64,000 bases of DNA, taken from the NCBI RefSeq assembly GCF_000807255.1, contig NZ_CP009268.1:400384-464383 (forward strand), written 5' to 3'. Within the stretch, counting starts at the first letter, position 1; each line of letters begins with the position of its first letter. This DNA is from Clostridium pasteurianum DSM 525 = ATCC 6013. Lineage in GTDB: Bacteria; Bacillota; Clostridia; Clostridiales; Clostridiaceae. The notes under the pieces were generated by a model that saw only the letters and a program-made list of their open reading frames with translations, searched no databases and was not told where the DNA came from. Below, piece after piece: positions 29,546 through 39,108 of this stretch. Both the position numbers and the translations under genes were made by a program.

Positions 29546-31204
29546 CTAAAATACTCTCAATATAGCTTCTATTTGAACTCTATTACTACTATTTAATTTA
29601 TTATCTACCTCCATATATAATTTCCTAATATTATCAATTTGATCTTTTTTAAGAGAAATGAAACTCCCATTAAACTTATTGATCCATGATTCTATTTCAT
29701 CATTAATTATTTGAACATAAGTATTACTTGATATTTTTAACATTTTTAATAACTGCATTATTGAAATCCATTTAGGATAGTAATTTATTACTTTTATTAG
29801 ATTTATATAAACATGAGTTTCATATACTTCAGACTCAAACAATTGAAATATCATATTTTCATCAAAGGATAGAATATCATTCTCTAAACATTTTGTTGCA
29901 TTATTTGATTCACTTATATTATCTGAGATTAGCTTATCAAGAACATATTGTGTTCCTTCTTTCGGATTCAACATATATATAGTAATTAATGCTATTTTTC
30001 TAACCTTAACATTTTCGTCATTAAGATATTTGAAAATATACTTGACATCCTCCTGTGCTCCCGTTTCTCTAATTCCAAATAGTACTCCATATAAATTATA
30101 ATTACTCTTATCTATTTCTCTTAAATACATTTCTCTAAAGTCCGCAATCCCCTTTTTCTTAAGTTTATATCTGGCATAATCTCTCACGGTATACGATTTA
30201 TCATATAAAAATGGTATAAGTGCTTTATGAAGATCTAGAACATTGATTTTTTCTAATATATCAATTGCTGCTACTCTGCATATTACATTTTTATTTTGTC
30301 TCAATACTTTAAAAATGACCCATGAATTATATCTATTCATAATTTCTTCAATTTTTTCAATTGCAGTTCTAAGGATAATAATATCTTTACTTTTTAGTCC
30401 CATATTAATAACTAAATTATCTGTTGTATTAATTCTTAGCAAATATTTAAAAAGCTTTCTTTTAACTAATATTTCTTCACTATTTTTATAAATATTAAGC
30501 AGTAAATCATAATTTCTCTGATCAATAATAAAATCTTCTAGTTTAAATAATATACCTGAATAATCGCTACGCCCCCAACTATTCATCCTATCTATAATTG
30601 GTAAACATTCGATAATATCTTTTAAATAATCATCTCTTATATACTTAATTAATTCTTTGTTAGCAAGATTTCTAACCTCTTTAACCCAATCATTAACCCT
30701 TATCATTATAAATTTGATTTTAAAACCATCTTCAAATTCTGATAATTTCTTTAATGCATCTTCTCGTACATACCCGTTTGGATGCAAAGTTAAAACTGAT
30801 AATATATAAATTGCTTCTTTTCCAAAACAATTTGTTAAATCAAATCTATACTTATTGGCTTCTCTATAATTTTTTTCAATTTCACAATCAATAGAATAAT
30901 AATAGTAACTACTTCTAAAATGTTCTGCAAAGAACAACAATTCCTTAATGGTCAAATCATCTATTATTCTCTTTAAGTGCTTTAATGCCTTTGAAGCAAC
31001 AACAAAATCTTTATCAAAACATAAAACAAGTAAATATTTCATAAGTCTAATATTATCAACATCTTGAATTTTGTCTAACTCTTCAACAAATATATTTCTT
31101 CTCTTTCTAGATAGTAGTATCAATCTTTTTTTATCATAATTTAATAATTTTTTTAGGGACTCATATGTCTTTGAATCCATATCTTTATAAGGTTCCTTAT
31201 TCAT
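29546..31204 (-). CDS. HEAT / PBS-lyase-repeat protein of unknown function (about 550 aa)
   Basis: At least 5 repeats of the xxxVRxxAxxxL type (HPNGYVREDALKKL, DWVKEVRNLANKEL, NKNVICRVAAIDIL, DKSYTVRDYARYKL, DENVKVRKIALITI); RBS AAGGAGG before the second ATG. Confidence 0.6.
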   Translation of the reverse strand: MNKEPYKDMDSKTYESLKKLLNYDKKRLILLSRKRRNIFVEELDKIQDVDNIRLMKYLLVLCFDKDFVVASKALKHLKRIIDDLTIKELLFFAEHFRSSYYYYSIDCEIEKNYREANKYRFDLTNCFGKEAIYILSVLTLHPNGYVREDALKKLSEFEDGFKIKFIMIRVNDWVKEVRNLANKELIKYIRDDYLKDIIECLPIIDRMNSWGRSDYSGILFKLEDFIIDQRNYDLLLNIYKNSEEILVKRKLFKYLLRINTTDNLVINMGLKSKDIIILRTAIEKIEEIMNRYNSWVIFKVLRQNKNVICRVAAIDILEKINVLDLHKALIPFLYDKSYTVRDYARYKLKKKGIADFREMYLREIDKSNYNLYGVLFGIRETGAQEDVKYIFKYLNDENVKVRKIALITIYMLNPKEGTQYVLDKLISDNISESNNATKCLENDILSFDENMIFQLFESEVYETHVYINLIKVINYYPKWISIMQLLKMLKISSNTYVQIINDEIESWINKFNGSFISLKKDQIDNIRKLYMEVDNKLNSSNRVQIEAILRVF

Positions 31205-31447
31205 ATTTACCTCCTTACCAGCTAAAATTTCCATATATAAGAATAACTAATAAATAATTTACTCTCTTGTTTATTAACATTTTTTCTAATCTAACTTTTG
31301 TATTTCATTGCTGTACAGAGTATAAGTAGAGAAGTAAAATCTTGGCTTTGTGTAAATTGCTATACATAGTACTATGTGAGTATTAGCGAATAATCATAGG
31401 GGAAAGAAATTTATAGATAGAAAATAAAGACTTATGATTTTAAGCCT

Positions 31448-32554
31448 TTACTTCTGGCACAACAGCTCATTTAATTGTCCTAAAAGATTACTCCCACCTG
31501 AAATTGATATATTGCCAACCTTATCACATATCTTTTCCAAGTACTCCATTTCTTTAAGTTTGTAAAGTGTTTCATTTTCATCCAAAAGTTTTGCCGTATT
31601 TAATAGGCTTCTTGTAGATGCAACCTCTTCACGCCTTGATATCACATTGGCTTGTGCTTTCTTTTCTGCAATTAAAACAGTATTCATTATATCTCTGATT
31701 TCTCCAGGCAATATGATATCCTTTATACCGGCATCAATAAATTCAACATAATATTCCCCTTGCTTTTCTTTAAGCTTTGAGAGTATAAAACCTGCAATCT
31801 CATCTTTTTGGTTTAAAAGTTCATCAAACTTAAATCTTCCAACATACTCACGAAGAACCATTTGAGAAAAAATATAAATTTGTGTTTTATAATCTTTGAT
31901 TTCAGATATAAGCTTAACAGCATCTATTATTTTAAAACTGCATACAAAATTGATACGTAAAGAAACTCTATCTGTAGTTAGAATTTCTTGACCTGAAATA
32001 TCCAGTTGTTGAATTCTTACGTCAATAAGTTCAAAGGTCACTTTAATTTTGCTATTCCAAAAGAAATAAATACCACTTGAAAGTTCTCTTTGAAATTTGC
32101 TATCAAAGTATACAACTGCTTTTTCGCCTTCAGAAACCTCAATTTTAATATAGAGCTTTTCAGTAATATATTTAAATATATTTTTATCAATCTCCTTCTT
32201 AACTTCTGGATTTGATATATCAATAACATCAAAGGTATGCTTCTTTAAAATATTCCAAAAAGCATATTCGCCACTTGTAAGAGTGTCTGTTATTCTTCCA
32301 TCTATATAATGTATGGCTACTTTATTGTCAGGTACATTTATAACTGTTACACTTTTCTCAAAATTTTCATCCTTTGTAAGCACATTAATATCAATTCCTG
32401 CTGTATTAACAACCTGACTGCTGTCTATACTTACTTTTGCTATTGTATAACCCATCCATGATAAATAGGAGTGCTTACCTGAATTCAACATTTTTATAAA
32501 TTTACCATACTTAAATAAGTATCCTCTTTCGTTTTCATTAATAATAATCTTCAT
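31448..32554 (-). CDS. SPFH/band-7 (stomatin/HflC-like) domain protein lacking an obvious transmembrane anchor
   Basis: The C-terminal half matches the SPFH core (TTDRVSLRINFVCSFKIID..., LREYVGRFKFDELL, IKDIILPGEIRDIMN, AEKKAQANVI); RBS AAAGAGGT before MKIIINE. Confidence 0.6.
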   Translation of the reverse strand: MKIIINENERGYLFKYGKFIKMLNSGKHSYLSWMGYTIAKVSIDSSQVVNTAGIDINVLTKDENFEKSVTVINVPDNKVAIHYIDGRITDTLTSGEYAFWNILKKHTFDVIDISNPEVKKEIDKNIFKYITEKLYIKIEVSEGEKAVVYFDSKFQRELSSGIYFFWNSKIKVTFELIDVRIQQLDISGQEILTTDRVSLRINFVCSFKIIDAVKLISEIKDYKTQIYIFSQMVLREYVGRFKFDELLNQKDEIAGFILSKLKEKQGEYYVEFIDAGIKDIILPGEIRDIMNTVLIAEKKAQANVISRREEVASTRSLLNTAKLLDENETLYKLKEMEYLEKICDKVGNISISGGSNLLGQLNELLCQK

Positions 32555-32921
32555 AATATTAACCTCTTTTACTAATAAAATTTTGATATAAGCTGTAATG
32601 CTCACATAATCTCTGCGGAATTTTAGTTAAATCATATAAAAAATATCAAGTCAAAGCTGCTGACCATATTTTTTATATGCCTAGCTCATATTAATTTACC
32701 TCGGCTCCTTCACATTTCAGTAAAGTCATGGAAATAAAAAATACAAAGCGGTATCCCTAAAATTTCAAGGCATTAATTACATCATTATAGTAGTGAATTC
32801 TTATGTCTACCTTTAATGTATACTATAATTGAGCACTACAGCTTAACACCATTTAATCTAAGACTTGGAAGGTCTTATTTTGAGAAGGTTTTAAACCTAA
32901 ACATAAAACATCGTCTGATTA

Positions 32922-32971
32922 CTCTACCAACTGAGATAACTGTATAGTCACAGTAGGGGATTCGAACCCCT
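32922..32971 (-). ncRNA. Permuted tRNA-like element (T-arm, closed acceptor-like hairpin, D-arm); candidate Y-RNA (YrlA-like) tRNA-mimic module or tRNA remnant
   Basis: The minus strand reads AGGGG-TTCGAAT-CCCCT a CTGTGACTATACAG tTATCTCAGTTGGTAGAG: a canonical T-loop and D-loop with an intervening 5-bp hairpin, but no anticodon arm in tRNA order. Confidence 0.45.
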
Positions 32972-33105
32972 GACACATCAGGTAATGACAATTATTTCGG
33001 AATACTAAGAAGTTAATACCTCTAGCACCGTAAAGCCTTAAAAAGCTTTTACATAGAAATAATATGCCAAATATATAAAAAGCTTTCGCCTATATATTTT
33101 AATAA

Positions 33106-34338
33106 CTATCCTTTAACAACGCCAACTGTTTTGAGTTTTTTTAATGGATCAACTAAATCAGTTTGATTAAGCATAACTTCATCTATGTTCTTATATGCAA
33201 AACGGCTTTCCTCAGCCACGTCATTTTTTTTATTTTTACCTAATATTATTCCTGATTTTTTAAGATCATTCATAACTTCTTCTGTAGTAAAATTTTTCAT
33301 TGCAGCCTTTCTTGAATATCTTCTTCCTGCACCATGAGAGGAGGAACAAAAGCTTTCTTTATTTCCCTTTCCCTGTACAATATAACTGTAGGAGCCCATA
33401 GCTCCAGGAATAACAGCTAGTTCACCCTGTTTTGCTCTTGTTGCACCCTTTCTATGAACCCAAACATTTTTGCAATAATGATTTTCAAGACTTGCATAAT
33501 TATGATGACAGTTAATTTCCAATGTATATTCAATATTAAGATCAGTATATTTCTCCAGCCATTTTTCTATAATAATTGTAACGGCTGTTATCATTTTTTC
33601 CCTGTTTTCATAAGCAAAATCAAGAGCTAAATTCATCCAATCTATATATCTTTTACCTTCATCAGTATCTACAGGCAAAAAAGCCAATCTGTATTCCAAT
33701 GGTACAGCTGAATGCCATTTTTCATTGAGTTCTCTTGCCATTTTATTAAAATGATCACATACTCTTCTCCCAAAATTACGACTTCCTGAATGAAGCATTA
33801 TACCTAAATTTCCTTCTTCATCTTCTTGAAGTTCAATAAAGTGATTTCCACCTCCAAGAGTTCCTATTTGAAAGTATCCATCTTCAATCTGATCCAAAAG
33901 TTCAACATCCTTTTCATATTTATTCATTTCATTTTTGGCTTTATCAAGTGTATAGGAGCTTTGTATTGTCTTGTGATGTTTAAAGGAAACAGGTATATTT
34001 CTTAATATGTCTCCAATAATTCCCTGAATCAATGATCCATTTGGAGTTTTAATATCTTTTATATACTGTACCTTTATATTAGTTCCTACAAAAGCCATGC
34101 CACAACCTATATCTACACCAACAGCATTTGGAATAATAACTCCTTCAGCTGCAATGACTCCACCTATGGGCATTCCCTTTCCAGTATGTGTATCCGGCAT
34201 AAGTGATACCCACTTATGTATAAAGGGAAGTTGAGATAGATTGTATGCTTGTTCAAGGCAGCTTTCCTCTATACTAGTCTCACCTTGAAGCCATATTTTA
34301 ATTGGATGTTTTGTTTTTTTACTGCAAATGACAAACAT
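33106..34338 (-). CDS. rtcB: RtcB-family RNA 3'-phosphate/2',3'-cyclic-phosphate ligase
   Basis: Motifs MPDTHTGKG, AVGVDIGCGMAF, GGGNHFIEL, HSGSRNFG, CHHNYA, HRKGATRA, PGAMGSYSY and SSSHGAGR; RBS AAGGAG 8 nt before the ATG at 34338. Confidence 0.9.
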   Translation of the reverse strand: MFVICSKKTKHPIKIWLQGETSIEESCLEQAYNLSQLPFIHKWVSLMPDTHTGKGMPIGGVIAAEGVIIPNAVGVDIGCGMAFVGTNIKVQYIKDIKTPNGSLIQGIIGDILRNIPVSFKHHKTIQSSYTLDKAKNEMNKYEKDVELLDQIEDGYFQIGTLGGGNHFIELQEDEEGNLGIMLHSGSRNFGRRVCDHFNKMARELNEKWHSAVPLEYRLAFLPVDTDEGKRYIDWMNLALDFAYENREKMITAVTIIIEKWLEKYTDLNIEYTLEINCHHNYASLENHYCKNVWVHRKGATRAKQGELAVIPGAMGSYSYIVQGKGNKESFCSSSHGAGRRYSRKAAMKNFTTEEVMNDLKKSGIILGKNKKNDVAEESRFAYKNIDEVMLNQTDLVDPLKKLKTVGVVKG

Positions 34339-34668
34339 ATAGGTCACTCCTTGTTTATAATCTAAGATAAGCTATATAAATAGAGTTTTAATATCCTTTT
34401 GTGATACTTAACATCGTTATCCATGAACATAATCTCTCTTTATCCCCACAAATATGGGAGTATTAGATATGGTAGTCATCGGATAAAATTATTAATTGTT
34501 GAAGTTGAAGTGGCTTATCTATGTTTTAATATTAACATCACAAATAATAGTTTCCATTTAAAAAAAGTTGCGAACTTACTTTATTAATTGATTTTAAATT
34601 TATAAATTGATAGAATAAAATTTAATTGAGTATAATATCTTATACCTAAACACAGGAAGGTCAATTAT

Positions 34669-35910
34669 ATGAAGAATTTTTCAGAACTAATTAAAAACTT
34701 TGATAAAATTAGAGATTATATGAGAGATTTTTTTGTATATGGCTTTAAATCCAGAAGTAATTTTACTCAAAAAAGTCTCCGCACCTATGATAATGAGAAA
34801 AGAAGAATTGAAAGTTATCTAGGTGATTGCATAAAATATAACAATATGAATGGAGAAAAAAATACTTTTATCTCCTTAGACAGCTCCAGTGTAACTGAAA
34901 ATCCCCTTTATTCTGTTTGGAAGGCAAAGAGTTTCACAAACAATGATATAATGCTTCATTTCTATTTACTGGATATATTAACATATGAATCTTTACTTGA
35001 TATAGAACAATTGTCAGATAAAATTTGTGAGAGATATAGTACATGCTTTGACACTCAAACAGTAAGAAATAAAGTTAAAGAATCTGTAAAAGAGGGAATT
35101 TTAAACTCCTGCAAGCAGGGGAGAAAATTATACTATTCTCTATCAAGGGATTTTCTTAAAACATTAGTGAATAACTATGATGATATAATAGATGCTTTAA
35201 AATACTATCAGGCAATAGCACCTTTTGGTGTTATAGGCAGCTATATTCTTGACAATGAAGAAAATAAAAATGATATTTTCCACTTTAAACATCATTTTGT
35301 TGTCCATACACTAGAAGATAAAGTTCTACTTGAGATTTTAAAAGCCATAAATGAAAAAAGAGAGATAAATTTTATTAATAAAAGTCCACGTAGTGAATAT
35401 ATACTAAAAGTTTCTGGTGTACCCCTTAAAATATTTGTAAGTAATCAAACTGGCAGGCGTTACGTTAATATATACAATAAGAAAAGAAAGCGTTTTGTAA
35501 ATTACAGATTGGATTACATAAAGTCCGTTAATATATTGGATATATGTATAGAGTATGATTTTTTTAAGCAGAAACTGGAGAAAAATTTGGATAAATGCTG
35601 GGGAGTATCCTTTGGCAATAGCATTAGAGGTAAGACATTTTATGCTAAGTTTTATGTTGATGAGGAAAGGGAACTGTATATACTTGATCGCATAAAGAAA
35701 GAAGGTCGAAAGGGTACACTTAAAAAAGTTGATAAAAATATCTATATTTATTCAAAGGAAATCTTTGATACAAATGAAATAATGTCCTGGATAAAGAGTT
35801 TTACGGGAAGAATTATATCTATTGAAAGCGGAGACAAATTTGTAGATGAAAGATTTTATAGCGATATGAAAAAGATGAAAGAAATGTATTTAGGTGGTGA
35901 TACTGACTGA
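34669..35910 (+). CDS. WYL-domain transcriptional regulator (PafB/PafC-like; N-terminal wHTH, WYL, WCX)
   Basis: WYL-like block PLKIFVSNQTGRRYVNIYNKKRKRFVNYRLDYIKSV and a C-terminal WCX-like block. Confidence 0.6.
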   Translation: MKNFSELIKNFDKIRDYMRDFFVYGFKSRSNFTQKSLRTYDNEKRRIESYLGDCIKYNNMNGEKNTFISLDSSSVTENPLYSVWKAKSFTNNDIMLHFYLLDILTYESLLDIEQLSDKICERYSTCFDTQTVRNKVKESVKEGILNSCKQGRKLYYSLSRDFLKTLVNNYDDIIDALKYYQAIAPFGVIGSYILDNEENKNDIFHFKHHFVVHTLEDKVLLEILKAINEKREINFINKSPRSEYILKVSGVPLKIFVSNQTGRRYVNIYNKKRKRFVNYRLDYIKSVNILDICIEYDFFKQKLEKNLDKCWGVSFGNSIRGKTFYAKFYVDEERELYILDRIKKEGRKGTLKKVDKNIYIYSKEIFDTNEIMSWIKSFTGRIISIESGDKFVDERFYSDMKKMKEMYLGGDTD

Positions 35911-36884
35911 TGGAACTATTTTCTGAAATTTACAATTGTTATTATAATGTAATAACAAAAATTTTAAATACCTGTAGTAACACTCCTATTTCCAAAGAGG
36001 ATATAAGCAAAATTATTAAGGATAATGCTTTCTGTGAAAGTGCTTTTTATATATTTCCAAAACTTATAGATGGGGATTGGAATTTGATTACACAGGATAA
36101 AGAAAAATTTGTATCAAAATTAAAGGGAACCATTAAAAGGCCTGTAACACTTTTGGAAAAAGCCTGGTTAAAATCACTAATTCAAGATAAAAGAATATCA
36201 TTATTTTTAAAGGATGAGCAAATTAGAGTTTTAGATGAATATCTATCTGAAATTGAACCTCTGTTTAATGTAAATGACTTTTACAACTACGATACTTTTT
36301 CAGATGGTGATGATTATGAGAATCCTGAATATATACGTAATTTTCGATCCATATTATCCGCTTTTAAAAGTAAACAAGCTGTAACAATATCCTTTGAAAG
36401 CAGTAAGGGTAATCGTATCACAGGAAATTATATCCCTGTAAAAATAGAGTATTCAAATAAAAATGATAAATTTAGAGTTCACACTTTTAGAATATACCAT
36501 GGGAAAATTAGAAATACTGAAATAATAAATATAGGAAGAGTTAAAAGTGTACAGGCCTCTAAGGAAAGTTTTAATTTTAGTCTAAATATTGATATTTATG
36601 AAAAAATCAATAAATGCAAAGAACCTGTTGTAATAGAAATATCTGATGAACGTAATGCATTGGAGAGGTGTATGCTAAATTTTGCAAGTTTTCAAAAACA
36701 TACAGAATACCATAAAGATACTCAAAAGTATATAACTTATATTTATTATGATATGAAGGATGAAACTGAACTATTAATACGGATACTTTCCTTTGGTCCT
36801 GTAATAAAAGTGTTAGGTCCTGATAGATTTTTAAATATTTTAAAGAAGAGAATAAAAAGACAGGTAGAGTTGATGGAAATTTAG
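35910..36884 (+). CDS. WYL-domain protein, a tandem paralog of the upstream regulator (PafC-like)
   Basis: WYL-like block AVTISFESSKGNRITGNYIPVKIEYSNKNDKFRVHTFRIYHGKIRNTEIINIGRVKSV; WCX-like C-terminus LIRILSFGPVIKVLGPDRF; ATG overlaps the previous TGA. Confidence 0.55.
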   Translation: MELFSEIYNCYYNVITKILNTCSNTPISKEDISKIIKDNAFCESAFYIFPKLIDGDWNLITQDKEKFVSKLKGTIKRPVTLLEKAWLKSLIQDKRISLFLKDEQIRVLDEYLSEIEPLFNVNDFYNYDTFSDGDDYENPEYIRNFRSILSAFKSKQAVTISFESSKGNRITGNYIPVKIEYSNKNDKFRVHTFRIYHGKIRNTEIINIGRVKSVQASKESFNFSLNIDIYEKINKCKEPVVIEISDERNALERCMLNFASFQKHTEYHKDTQKYITYIYYDMKDETELLIRILSFGPVIKVLGPDRFLNILKKRIKRQVELMEI

Positions 36885-36951
36885 TGAGAATAAAATAGAA
36901 TATAATTATATGCTTTTCAAATATATTTCTAAAAAAGAAAGATGATTATAT

Positions 36952-37368
36952 ATGAAAAAATTTATAGTATTGATTTTATCAATGACTATGTTTATGATGT
37001 TGTTATCAGCTTGTGGATTCAAACAGAATCTATCAAAAAGTGGAGAGTTTAAAGCTGATGAATTTATACAGATGATAAAAAGTGATAAAATTGAAATTAA
37101 GTCAATTGATAGTTCTTCTGTTATTTCTACAGTAACGGATCAAAAGTATATAGATCAATTTGTAAAAAACTTAAAGATTCAGCAGTGGCAAATGACAAGT
37201 CTGCCAGATAATTCAGAAGTTCAATATGAATATGTTTTAAATAATGGCAAAGCCAATATTATAACTTTTAAGGATATACCTTATGTACAATTAGAGATTA
37301 AAGGATTTAACTTTACTTTTAAAGTGCCGGAAGATGTGGCAAATTATTTGAATGCTGTAAAGAAATAA
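36952..37368 (+). CDS. Hypothetical lipoprotein
   Basis: Signal peptide with lipobox LLSAC. Confidence 0.5.
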   Translation: MKKFIVLILSMTMFMMLLSACGFKQNLSKSGEFKADEFIQMIKSDKIEIKSIDSSSVISTVTDQKYIDQFVKNLKIQQWQMTSLPDNSEVQYEYVLNNGKANIITFKDIPYVQLEIKGFNFTFKVPEDVANYLNAVKK

Positions 37369-37442
37369 AATAATTTTATTTTTAAGTATAATATACCAAA
37401 AAAGATAAATACTATAGTATTATTTTCAGTGAGGTGTGTAAA

Positions 37443-37703
37443 ATGAAAAGAAGATCTATAGTATTGTGGAAAAGAATTGTTTTAATGTTATCTGCAGCTG
37501 GTTTGTGCATTACAGGGGTATGGTTTAACATAATGATAATCACACTATTCGGCTTAATTCTATGGATAATTAGTACAGTTGTAAATGTTATATATAGCAA
37601 TAAAGATTATAATTCACTTATAGAAGAGTCTGGTTCAAAAAAAGCTGATAATAAGGTAAAGTTTACAGTTATAAAAGGAAGTAAAGAGAAGAAAGAAGTT
37701 TAA
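37443..37703 (+). CDS. Small hypothetical membrane protein
   Basis: Two transmembrane segments; RBS GAGGTG before the ATG. Confidence 0.35.
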   Translation: MKRRSIVLWKRIVLMLSAAGLCITGVWFNIMIITLFGLILWIISTVVNVIYSNKDYNSLIEESGSKKADNKVKFTVIKGSKEKKEV

Positions 37704-37796
37704 AGTTAAATTAGATAATCTTTACATTTCAATGTATATTTGTTTATAGGTAAAATAAATGTAGCAATTATAGAAGTAAGCTAGAGAGATATTTAT

Positions 37797-38771
37797 CTAG
37801 CTTATTTCTATTTTTTGAAAAACTTCCTTGTATTTTGGACAGCCAAAATGTTTTGCAAACCAGTGTACAATGAGAGGACATATAATTGAAGATAGTACTA
37901 CAGCACAGGATATTTGTACAGTAGCTAAGTTTACATAATCTCTAAATGCTGGTACAAATTGTCCTATCATTGCAGGAACTGCGATGGTATTGCCTGCTAC
38001 AGATACAGTTGCCATACCGCCATAGCCAGGTCTTTTTAATAAAATTCTGTCTACAAACAGTGCTACAGGACCAGTTATAATGAGTACCAAAATAAAAAGA
38101 AAAACTCCTCCAAAGCCAGAGACTATAATTTTAGAAAGATCAATGCCTGATCCTAAAATAAATCCCATTACAGGTAGTATTAGTGTAATTCCATTTTTAG
38201 TTGCAGTTTTAATTTTTTCATCAATAGCAGATAATATTATTCCAATAAGCAGAGGAATTAAAACGGTTACGTATTCTTCCCAGCTTACCGCATTTCCTCC
38301 AGAAACTCCAATGGTAAGCAGGGTTAACATTGGTCCAGAATTAAAGTTAAATATTGGTCTTGCTGCAAGATCTGCATGATCACCGTAGTTTTGTACTAAT
38401 CCCATATACAGGCTGCTGTTGTTATTAGTCAAAGCACATAAGATTGCCAAAGTACAGGTACCGAATATTCCGTTATATCCAAAAAATTTCAATATGATAA
38501 AATAGGCCAAAGCACCCGCAAGATATTTAAAGAATACATGACTGCCACCCCGTTTTAAAGCTTCTGGTATGTCTTTTATTTTTATTTGTGTTCCAGTAAA
38601 TAGTAAAGTTAAAAACATCATTACATTTATTCCATCATTGGAAATTAAAGATTGACTATAGCTTCCTATTCTTAAAATTGAAGGACAAAAGGTATTTAGA
38701 ACAGCTGCTGTAAATAATGGAACAAGCATAGTTCCAGCTGGAATTTTATTTACTCTCTTTAATAAATCCAT
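37797..38771 (-). CDS. kdgT: 2-keto-3-deoxygluconate permease (KdgT family)
   Basis: The N-terminus KIPAGTMLVPLFTAAVLNTFCP matches the KdgT N-terminal signature; about 320 aa polytopic. Confidence 0.7.
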   Translation of the reverse strand: MDLLKRVNKIPAGTMLVPLFTAAVLNTFCPSILRIGSYSQSLISNDGINVMMFLTLLFTGTQIKIKDIPEALKRGGSHVFFKYLAGALAYFIILKFFGYNGIFGTCTLAILCALTNNNSSLYMGLVQNYGDHADLAARPIFNFNSGPMLTLLTIGVSGGNAVSWEEYVTVLIPLLIGIILSAIDEKIKTATKNGITLILPVMGFILGSGIDLSKIIVSGFGGVFLFILVLIITGPVALFVDRILLKRPGYGGMATVSVAGNTIAVPAMIGQFVPAFRDYVNLATVQISCAVVLSSIICPLIVHWFAKHFGCPKYKEVFQKIEIS

Positions 38772-39108
38772 TTTTTCTACCTCTGTTATATTTAAATTAT
38801 ATTTTTATAATATCATATGCGGATATAATAATCTAACAAAAATAGATTAAAGATGTATTTTATAATAAATCTTAATCACTCTTAAATGTAAAAGTACTAT
38901 TATATGTAAATAAGTTAAGATAAAAATTTAACAATATTAAAAATTTTATTTATACACTACTATTTTTATCTTAAATGTATTATAATAAAAGATTTATATT
39001 GATTTATTTATAAAATTAATATAATATAATCTTAAAAATTATTAAAGATAGAAGTTTAATATAAAATAGATTAATTACATAATAAGTAACAAAAATGGAG
39101 GGATAAAA

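Noticed and set aside
29546-31234. Ro60/TROVE (Rsr) ortholog call for the HEAT-repeat protein
   Set aside because: HEAT repeats are present, but no von Willebrand A / MIDAS (DxSxS...T...D) module is recognisable in the C-terminal region, so only an analogy is noted.
31235-31447. Third full copy of the GC-rich repeat between the SPFH and HEAT genes
   Set aside because: Only the 12-nt palindromic core (GCTGTACAGAGT) matches; the rest of the element is absent.
32922-32971. A complete tRNA gene on the minus strand
   Set aside because: T-arm and D-arm are present but in reversed order relative to a tRNA, with a closed hairpin between them and no anticodon arm. I therefore treated it as a tRNA-like module, not a tRNA.
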